From Octopus vulgaris (Eukaryota): a stretch of DNA of 64,000 nt. Positions within the stretch are counted from its first letter, which is position 1. Every line of letters begins with the position of its first letter. The stretch covers positions 33,666,001 through 33,730,000 of the forward strand of contig OX597816.1 in assembly GCA_951406725.2 (NCBI GenBank), written 5' to 3'. Below the pieces are notes generated by a model, which did no database searches, had not been told where the DNA came from, and saw only the letters and a program-made list of their open reading frames with translations. Made by a program: the position numbers and the translations under genes. Positions 54,077 through 64,000 of the stretch are shown here, in pieces.

Positions 54077-54821
54077 TCTCATTATGTAAGTACATTGACG
54101 TGTGCGAATATGTGTGATGGTAAGGGGGAGACAGGATTATTTTCGTCTGGGAGTGTGTATTAATGTTTGTGCCAAGAGCCATTATGTCACAGAAAAGAGA
54201 AACTATTAATAAAAGCATTGTTTCCCCAACGTTTTTGTTCCTTGCCACGTGATTATATTACTGATGTGACTTGATTAATATACGTGTTTGTTTAGATAAC
54301 TTCCGGTTAGGAAAAATTATAATAAGGATCTTGTGTGTGTCTGCGTGTGTGTGTGTGTACTCACCCTTTATACATCATTTTGTTATATTTTTATTTGTGT
54401 CTTAATCTTTTTTGCAACTGAAAATAATTCGAACGACCATTCTCGTCACTTTTCTGCTAATAGAAATCCCAATAGACTTTACATCCTTGTTTTAAAATTT
54501 CCATTATCTTTTCCTTTCATTTCCTTTCTGTACATGGCTTAATTTTCCTAAATTTTACGAGTTATGTATTATATATATTACACTTTTATTTATACGTTCA
54601 TACATTCGTCATTTCTGTGTTAATGTATTCATAATATCCTTATGTTTCTTTCCTTAATGGACTTATTTTGATTAACACTAACTTTACCGTTTGCACTTAA
54701 AACCAGGCAATATATAAACCTAATTAAATCAATTTCAGTTTCCTTCTGTTTGTGTATTTATATAGCTATCAATGTAAAATTCTCTTTCTCTGTATATTAT
54801 ATATATATATATACATACAAA

Positions 54822-54983
54822 ATGGCTGTGTGGTAAGTAGCTTGCTTAAGAACCTCATGGTTTCGGGTTCAGTCCCATTGCGTGGCATCTTGGGCAAGTG
54901 TTTTTTACTATAACCTCGGGTCGACCAAAGCCTTGTGAGTGGATTTGGTAGATGGAAACTCAAAGAAGCCCGTCGTATATATG

Positions 54984-55014
<31 letters not shown>

Positions 55015-55196
55015 GTTTGTGTATGTTTGTCCCCTAGCATTGCTTGACAACCGATGCTGATGTGCTTATGTCCCTGTCACTTAGTGTCTCGGCAGAAGAG
55101 ACCGATAGAATAAGCACTGGACTTACTCAAAATAAGACTTACTCAAAATAAGCTCCAGCCTGGCCGCATTCAAATTACTCAAATAAGTAAAAGAGT
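54822..55196 (+). mobile_element. SINE family A, near full length, with an internal 16-bp duplication and decayed tail hairpin
   Basis: tggctgtgtggtaagtagcttgctt...gggttcagtccc; (gacttactcaaaataa)x2; ends aagtaaaagagt. Confidence 0.88.
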
Positions 55197-55325
55197 ACAG
55201 TGTATACGTATAATTATTTGTTAATTTGCAGAAAACCTCATTGAATTAAATTCATATCTGTGTATTCAAGGGGTACTTTTATCCTGTATATGTATCCCAT
55301 TGATATATAGGTGATACGCCTATAA

Positions 55326-55414
<89 letters not shown>

Positions 55415-55419
55415 CACAT

Positions 55420-55511
55420 ATATATGCATGAATGTGCTTATATATACATATATATATATGTATATATATATACATATATACATATATATGCATGAATGTG
55501 CTTATATATAC

Positions 55512-55542
<31 letters not shown>

Positions 55543-55711
55543 CATATATACATATATATGCATGAATGTGCTTATATATAAATATATATATATGTATATA
55601 TATATACATATATACATATATATGCATGAATGTGCTTATATATACATATATATATATTTATGTATATATATATATATATACATATATATGCATGAATGTG
55701 CTTATATATAC

Positions 55712-55755
<44 letters not shown>

Positions 55756-55845
55756 ATGCATGAATGTGGTTATATATCCTTATATATATATAGATATATA
55801 TATATATATATATACATGTATATGCATGAATGTGCTTATATATAC

Positions 55846-55889
<44 letters not shown>

Positions 55890-55913
55890 ATGCATGAATG
55901 TGCTTATATATAC

Positions 55914-55957
<44 letters not shown>

Positions 55958-55981
55958 ATGCATGAATGTGCTTATATATAC

Positions 55982-56012
<31 letters not shown>

Positions 56013-56045
56013 TATATGTATATGCATGTATGTGCTTATATATAC

Positions 56046-56078
<33 letters not shown>

Positions 56079-56098
56079 TGTATATGCATGAATGTGCT

Positions 56099-56148
<50 letters not shown>

Positions 56149-56183
56149 TATACATGTATATGCATGAATGTGCTTATATATAC

Positions 56184-56216
<33 letters not shown>

Positions 56217-56245
56217 TGTATATGCATGAATGTGCTTATATATAC

Positions 56246-56278
<33 letters not shown>

Positions 56279-56318
56279 TGTATATGCATGAATGTGCTTA
56301 TATATACATATATATATG

Positions 56319-56362
<44 letters not shown>

Positions 56363-56446
56363 ATGCATGAATGTGCTTATATATACATATATATATATAT
56401 ATGTATATATATATACATGTATATGCATGAATGTGCTTATATATAC

Positions 56447-56510
<64 letters not shown>
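55420..56510. repeat. Minisatellite, about 16 copies of a roughly 65-70 bp unit, running into the gap
   Basis: Unit atgcatgaatgtgcttatatatacat(at)n gtat(at)n acatgt. Confidence 0.9.
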
Positions 56511-56610
56511 NNNNNNNNNNNNNNNNNNNNNNNNNNNNNNNNNNNNNNNNNNNNNNNNNNNNNNNNNNNNNNNNNNNNNNNNNNNNNNNNNNNNNNNNNN
56601 NNNNNNNNNN
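56511..56610. other. Assembly gap (100 N)
   Basis: Run of N. Confidence 1.
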
Positions 56611-57889
56611 ACGCATGATTCCACACACATGCACATTTATTAATATAAACATATACACATTTGCATGAGTATATACATAGACAATCATATATTTTTTAAT
56701 ACGTATGTGTGTGCGCTTATGCATGTGCGTACATATTGTGTATGTGCGTGATTTTTCTATACATTTATAAACGTGTGTGTGTATATTTATGGCTGTAGAT
56801 GTGCCTGCATTCTATGAATTTTACGTATGTGTATATCATTGTATGTGGACAGATAGATGGCTAAATTGATAGAAAAATTGATAATGGACATAAGAGTGAG
56901 AAATGGCTAGATACATGTATGTACACAGCTAGTCATAAAATACTAAGATACCAAAATTATCAGGATAGCAATTATTTGAAAAATTTATTTTATTGTTTGT
57001 CATTTCTCTATTTCTATGGTCTTTACATAATGCAATAAAATGTTAGGTTGTAATAGTAAAGATAATGATATGAAATAGATATGTTTTTCTTCTAGTTAGA
57101 TCGCTGGTCAGCGATACTAGTTTCGTGCAGGAGGGATAAGAATAGAATGTAACTTATGTTAAGTGCCGTAATCTTTTTGAAATAATGTCAAATGACATCA
57201 GATAAAGTACGGCTATAAGCTAAGTTTGGATATGAGCGCGGTTAGACTACATACATACAGAATAGGAGGGAGGAGCAAAATGTAGGTCACAGATTTTAAG
57301 GCTTATGAGTAGCTTAAATTCCTGTATGTTGAAGGCTATCAGTTGCTTACTGTTATGCGTCTGTAGACAGAAATATTATGAACCCTTTGTCAGTGAATAT
57401 AAAAAGCTATTTATGGAAATTATGACTGCGTATGTGTGTGTATGTGTATGCGTTGAGACAGAACTATGTATACTTATTTGTATATAATTTTTCTTATTTA
57501 TTTCGGTATAAAGATGAATTTGTAACTTCGTTTCGACATTTTAAGGCGAGTGAGTTATCACGTATATTCTCTAATATTTCATTCATATTACATTTAGACA
57601 TCGATGAACATTGAAATGCCATTTTGATAGCAAAATATTTTTGAAACAGAATACAACGAACAAATGCTTCCTCTAGGCTTCGCGAGTAATTTCAAAAATA
57701 ATATTGAAAACATGAATTGAAAGAACAGAACATAGTACGAAGGCATTCTAATGTACGTCTTATTGGTCCTCATAGTATAGCTCACAACCATTGATATATC
57801 ACGTTTTACAGAACTGCCAAAATTTGAAGGCTGCAACATGAAGGACAATTTCTCGTTAATTAGCTTACTTCCCAGATGTTCGAACTGAA

Positions 57890-58400
57890 ACAGATGTGTG
57901 CGACATTTCAGCAGCACTTGGCTCGACTGTCAACGTGAATGGCTGGATGGCTAACAGAGCAGAGCGAGGCGGAGTGCGCGAAAGGCTTATAGCAGCCATG
58001 GATACAGAGGAGGCGATGAAGAGTTGTATGAGAGGCAGATCGACGGGTTTGAATGATTTGCCCTACAAGCTATATATTTTGAAGCCAGACTTGTTTGCAA
58101 GCCTCGTAACAGACGTCCACTGCAACTGGTAGCAGAATGGGAAAATTACTACTTTTGTGGCTCTGCTGAGAAACGACACAAACAAGAAGGACGTTATAGA
58201 AAATTTGAGGCCTACCATTCTGCTCAATGCAGAGTTGAAGATGTTGATCAATGTGTTAGCCAAGCGGTTGGCGCTTCTCGTGGACAAGCTGGTTTGCGAT
58301 GCGCAAACATGTGCCATCCAAAACAGGACTATTCGCGACAACCTCCACCTCATGTGTTACATCATAGAGAGTGCGGGTAACGAAGCTGGCAGTTTTACAA
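57890..58400 (+). pseudogene. L1/Tx1-type LINE ORF2 fragment (start of RT domain)
   Basis: EEAMKSCMRGRSTGLNDLPYKLY..PDLFASLVTDVHCNW*QNGKI / LLRNDTNKKDVIENLRPTILLNAELKMLINVLAKRLALLVDKLVCDAQTCAIQNRTIRDNLHL resembles the L1/Tx1 pattern GKSPGxDGLP..Y, NxRPIxLLNxExKI.AK.LA.RL, Q...I.GR.I.DN. Confidence 0.85.
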
Positions 58401-58559
58401 AGTAAACAACTAAAATAACTACGTAGAGACAGTCATGGTAAGAATAAGAACAACTAGTATTCTTAAAAGAGAGAAACATTAACATTCATTACCCAAGTGA
58501 TCTTATCTTATCACCAGTAAGTTGTTATGTGCTCATAAACCAATTTGATAGTTGAGCTC

Positions 58560-59060
58560 TGATTGGCTGTATGCAAATTAGTTCATAACTCGGGTCCGGA
58601 ACTCTAGTGGAAAAATTTCGCAGCCGGGAGGGGCAGGTAGTTTTTATTTGTCTGGTGTTTGTGGCGAAAGAGGTAGTATGTTGGAATCGTCTGAAAGGGC
58701 GAAAGTCAGACACTTTCCTCTTTGCTCAAGCCCTTATCAAGTTTTTCAAGTTTTACTTGCAAGGGAAGTAGAGGGTTAAAAGGGAAATGTTGCTTTCCAG
58801 GAAATTTGTTGAAAATTGGGCGAATTTTGGAGGTATGCCCAGTGTAAAAGGACCAATTCTGAGCGTACACCCGTGACGTAGTGACAAAAGAGCTTTAGCC
58901 CTGTTGATCAAGTACCCGTGGATTTTGTGGGGTTTTCCACGAGGACCTTTAAAGCGCCTCTCTTTTGGGAGTTTTATAGTTTAATTTTATTTATTTATTG
59001 TTTACACCATGAAAACCCTTTGTCTCGTCGTATGTTGTCTTTTATGTTGTTGCATGACCT
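58560..59060 (+). pseudogene. L1/Tx1-type LINE ORF2 C-terminus and T-rich 3' UTR (probably the same element as 57890-58400)
   Basis: REGQVVFICLVFVAKEVVCWNRLKGRKSDTFLFAQALIKFFKFYLQGK*RVKREMLLSRKFVENW..., then a T-rich tail. Same strand as the upstream fragment. Confidence 0.65.
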
Positions 59061-59534
59061 TTAATGTTGTTTTGATTAAGCCCTTGGGGTTAATAGCAGA
59101 ATGAATTAGTTTACTTTCAAGCTATTTGGTCCCGCGTTCGATCCCACTCCATGGAAATTTCTGTAGTTGTCTTTTATTACAGGATTTTCTTGGCTAATGT
59201 TTTGCGAACGGTATTTGATAGAAGAAAACCAGTGTATGTGTGTGTATGTGTGAGTGTGTGTGTATACACACACATATATGTGTGGTATGTCTGAGTGTTA
59301 GACTGTGTATTTCTTAGAGCGTGTAATATCATCAGCACGTATTTCTGTGAACATAATTGCTTATGAAAACTGCTACGAATTCCATATATACCATTGTCTT
59401 CTCGCGGTTAAAAATGCATTGAAACACTTTCTGGTGTATGGGAGACATCTATGTAATGATGTTATTTTCTCCCAGGTATAAAAATGTATTAAAAACAAAA
59501 AGAAGCCAACATAACTGTGATTATACATGTGTGC

Positions 59535-59580
<46 letters not shown>

Positions 59581-60877
59581 GTGTGTTGAAAGAGTGTGGA
59601 TATCATTACTGGTGTCGTTTTGTATCACCAAGTATATAAAGTTTTAATATTATTCTTTTATTCAAAAATAATTTTCTTCTTAATCATCTCAGAACTGGGC
59701 CTCTGTGTGTAACTTTACCCTCTACCTGGGCTTCCGAGCCAAAAAAATTAAGTAGCTGCAATTAAAGATCAAGTATAACGACTGCAGGCAAACTTATTGA
59801 CCGAATCGGCTGCATCTTCTTTCTCTAAGTGTGTTGTTCATTACCGGTTTGCCGGGAATCCGGTAGAGCTGATGTTTAAACTATTCCTGATGTAGCTGGA
59901 ATACAGTGTGACAGAGTGCTACGAGATCTACTTAATTACTTCCTCTCAGATTAGAGAATAATATATGACGCTGGTCGAAAGAGCTCCCACGATTAATTAT
60001 CTTCTAAATTCATGCGTGCTTTCCATAGGGCATTTCATATTGATGATATTTTAAAATTTCAGTAATTGTACAAGTCATTTACGTAAACATCATTGTCTAG
60101 AGGAATCTTTGGTTTTCTAAATTTTCAAAACTACACTGTGGGCAATGGAATTCTGAAAATGTTGCATCAATCCATTTAAGACAGGTATACAGTAAAGATA
60201 TTTAACGATAAATATATAACCGACATACCCTTCTAATCAGCAATTTTAGTTTCATTTTGACTACGTAGGACATTCTCCCGGAAATATTTTATCAATACTT
60301 TATATATTGTGTCCGATCTTAAACAAACACGGCTAGACATAGTAATTTCTAATTCAGGCAGAATTAGAACTGTTTTAGTGGAGGAAGTTACTCAATTACA
60401 ACGACAGAGCACGTGATTCGTATTTTATATTATCATCTTCTAGTGCATGAATAAAAACTTAAATTTCTTTGAAGTTGAATGCCGAACACACACATTCACA
60501 CACACAACACACACACACACACAAACCTATAAGCAAATATACACATATATCCATCAAATGTAAATACTGTAAATAATGTACACATATATATGCCTATACA
60601 CACACATACATGTACCTATACTCACATGCGTATATATATATACACTCAGAGACATAATGTATGGTTGATATAAATGAAATGTGATTGTAGTCACTGTATA
60701 AAGTAGCGTTTAATATGATCAATGCAATTATTAATCTGGTATGTGAACTGCTGTATACATCGATCACCGACTTGTCGATGGACAGGATATCCCCTTTGTT
60801 ATAGTATTGTCCTTTAAGAGAAAAAAATATTGTTTTTAAGCTTTTGGTACACATCCAGAAAGGTCGTTGGGTGTGAG

Positions 60878-61110
60878 TAAGTGGATTACATCGACTAAAT
60901 GCTCAAGTGCTAATTATCTCATCGACTCAAAAAGGTTGACAGGTAGCAAGTCGTGTGCTCATCTTGTAGTTATTTCATCGACCCCGTAAGGGATGAAAGT
61001 CAACAAGTTCGTGAAAAGTCGGTAAATCGATTTTTATCGATTTTAGTGCTCAAATGGTAGTTATTTTATCGACCCCGTTAAAGGATGAAAGGTGGAGTTG
61101 ACTTCGGCAG
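60878..61110 (-). mobile_element. SINE family B central domain, about 3 tandem partial copies
   Basis: The motif gtgctca..(g)gtagttattt.atcgacccc...aaggatgaaag recurs near 60905, 60955 and 61047. Confidence 0.65.
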
Positions 61111-61518
61111 ATTAAGAGTAAAATATTTCTCTGAAAATCGGCAACTTTACGCAGGTGGAGAACAACTCTTGAAAATTCTGTTCTACTGCTGCTGATTTTA
61201 TTAATATTATTATTATTGATGTTATTGAACTTGTAAACTTGCGATATTTTCACCAAGACTGATGCTACAACATTCATGACCTTCCCTCGATCTTCCTCAT
61301 AATTTCACACATGTAAACACGAATATTCTAATCACTAGACTATATATAAATAAGGAATATACAAGCACATATTGTCAAAGATTCAAAGTTTACAACGTGT
61401 TGCCTAGGCGACAGCAACAAATTATAAGATAAATACATTTCAAACGGTAATTTTTACAAACATACACATATATACATAAATTTATGCAGCTATATCTACA
61501 ACAGACACACAGATATTC

Positions 61519-61623
<105 letters not shown>

Positions 61624-61629
61624 GTGTGA

Positions 61630-61660
<31 letters not shown>

Positions 61661-63641
61661 AAGTGGGTGTTTCTCTGTGTCTTTGTATAAAGAGAAATTT
61701 TGTTACGTGCTGAACTATAATGTATATTCTCATTTAGACAGTAAATACTGATACTGTTCAAACATATATGCATATTTTCGTAAACATAACAGAATAGACA
61801 TATTAATTTAGGTAATTACATGCACACGTAACTCATATGTATTATGCGGTTCATTTAGCATCTACGTTGATAAATTGAATCATACAATCTGTAAGCTTCA
61901 ATGAAATCTGTCAGATTCTCTTGTATCAATCGATGACTGTTTAAACCTTGACTAACTGAACATACATGATACACAACTTGATTAGATACAGCGAATAAAT
62001 TAAGTATGTTATACTGAATTATATCACAGAATTCACTTGGCATATGTCCAGCTAGGCATTGACGAATGAGGTGTCCTGTATACTGTCGCTTGATCTATGA
62101 GGAATATGAAAGAACTTGCAAGTATCGCAACCTCTTATAGTTATATTTTGTAGGTATCAACTTGAAATACGATTAGAAAAGTGCATGCTTCCCAATAGAA
62201 TGTTTTTTTTTAATTTTAGTAGTGTAGTGAAACGTTGAGTGAACAAAAACTGAAGTTGCCAAAAAATAAAACAAAACCAATAGCCAGAAGATCAATAACA
62301 AATTTAGAAATGTATGGCGAAATACAACGTAAAATATAGCATTGTAGCAGATGCGCCATGCTACACTGTCGTAATTTACTTCAGTGCAACGTCGTTTCTA
62401 CACAACATGAATCCGCACTCAAGAAAGTGTAATCTACGACATTACTTCCAAAATGAGAATTTACTCAAGTTGTTTCCAACAAGCGTTTATTTCTTCAAGC
62501 TCTCCTCACCTCGTAAAACAGTTATTTTTGCTTTGGCACTCGCAATCGTATTTACACTTCCCCTCAATAATCATTTATTTCTGCTTATTTCTTAATTCTC
62601 CGTCCTTTGCTAATTGCTTCTTTGAAACCAGCTCTTGCCTTCTCGTTCACTCTCACATTGATTCGCCTTCCTATCAGTTAATGGTAGTTGTAACGATATA
62701 GAGAATGTCAACTCATTTTCTTTTCATTTCAATATTGACGAAGGACAGGAGATACCATATTCAAATATGCATTTCGTTCATCCACTCCTGCTGGATCAAA
62801 TGCCTATACACAGCATCGCCATTTTGTTTAACTTAGAACAAATACACACACACACACAAATAGAGCCATATGTGTTGTATGTATGGGGGTATATGAGTGT
62901 GTGCGTGCGTGTCTGCATATTAACCATATTAACATACATATCTACATATATAGATTATGTATTTTTTTTATTAATGGCAGGTTTCTGTAAAGATTATATA
63001 AAAAAGATTTGGAATTTAACTGAGAATATACTGAAAATGGTACGTATTACTATTAGTACAATCAAATTTGGAATAGTATTATTTCATACTGGGAGTTCAA
63101 CTACCGCTAAAAGATTTACCCAATCTCACCATCTGATTGAATCAGTTTAGCTTAATCCAAAACTCGGCTTCCATGATACTGCTAGAGATCTGAGAATAGT
63201 AGTTTCAATAAAACGCATATCACATCTCACCGTCCTAAGAAAGGTAAATGCAGTCCTGGAAACTCTGTTTGAAAAACACAGCGCATTATATCTTGAGAGT
63301 TACTTCCCGAAAGTCCACTGTCGAGGTATGGCAAATAAAGGAGCAAGGTATTAAATCAGATCAACTGGAAACATATTCAATAACTTCATACATTATTGAC
63401 ATAGTAATTAGGTAGTGTATGCAAGTGCAGTGTGTGGGAACAATGCATATACGCATGCTCCTGGTGTAGGAGAGTTTATTATGGAAACAAAGATGTATGA
63501 AAACGTAACTTTGGAGCGAATCATGTCACCAATACAGTATAAAATGAATACCTTCATAAAAATATTGTCTTCATAGTAATTAAGTTTAGAACTTTTCTTA
63601 ACGCACACTCCAAAGTTTATAGAGAACATATCAAATTATAT

Positions 63642-63679
<38 letters not shown>

Positions 63680-64000
63680 AATCTTCTCAAAGAGAACATT
63701 CATAAATTATTGGAATAGTTGCAATGGCGTCTACTGCGAATCGAAACTGTATTGCGAGTAGTTTCCCTGAAGCTTTCTACTGGTCTATGGAACACTTACG
63801 ACACAGCTGGCACCCAAATATAAATTAGATACTTGATTCGATAATGACATTCAATAAACTCAATGATATTGTCCAGATTAGCTGCAACACATTGTTTTAC
63901 ATATGCGTGCACTGATGCATTCCAAACAGACAGTTTCATCCCCAAGGGAGAGCAAATGAAGCAGAAGCAGAATTAATCAATCATTTTGTAGTATCATAAA

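Noticed and set aside
58560-58580. Adjacent CCAAT box and octamer (ATTGG..ATGCAAAT), as in histone H2B promoters
   Set aside because: It lies within decayed L1/Tx1 coding sequence, with no TATA or downstream gene.
62330-62700. Minus-strand Arg/Glu-rich stretch followed by CC, reminiscent of a Helitron Rep N-terminus
   Set aside because: Too many stops and no conserved CxxC spacing to support the call.

Overview
AT-rich, microsatellite-dense animal genomic DNA. It is most likely a coleoid cephalopod (octopus), inferred from the SINE sequences and the very long (TA)n arrays. I could not confidently identify any host gene; there are only a few weak minus-strand exon candidates, so the window is probably intronic or intergenic. 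Almost all long ORFs in the track are artefacts of (TA)n, (TG)n or (CATA)n repeats. The real coding content is transposon-derived: three diverged copies of a CR1-group LINE (one near full length, with ORF1 and an APE+RT ORF2), decayed Tc1 and mariner transposases, a Penelope GIY-YIG fragment, an RTE-like 3' end and a split L1/Tx1-type ORF2. Non-coding elements include a non-autonomous Helitron, a foldback MITE and many copies of three tRNA-derived SINE families. There are three main observations. (1) All three CR1-group LINE copies, and the best-preserved copies of one SINE family, sit in or against (TA)n arrays, suggesting a TA-microsatellite-targeting LINE/SINE pair. (2) These LINEs and that SINE share a 3' tail whose 5-bp hairpin shows compensatory base changes. 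(3) A near-canonical minimal type I hammerhead ribozyme lies at 20555-20632. There is a 100-N assembly gap at 56511-56610.
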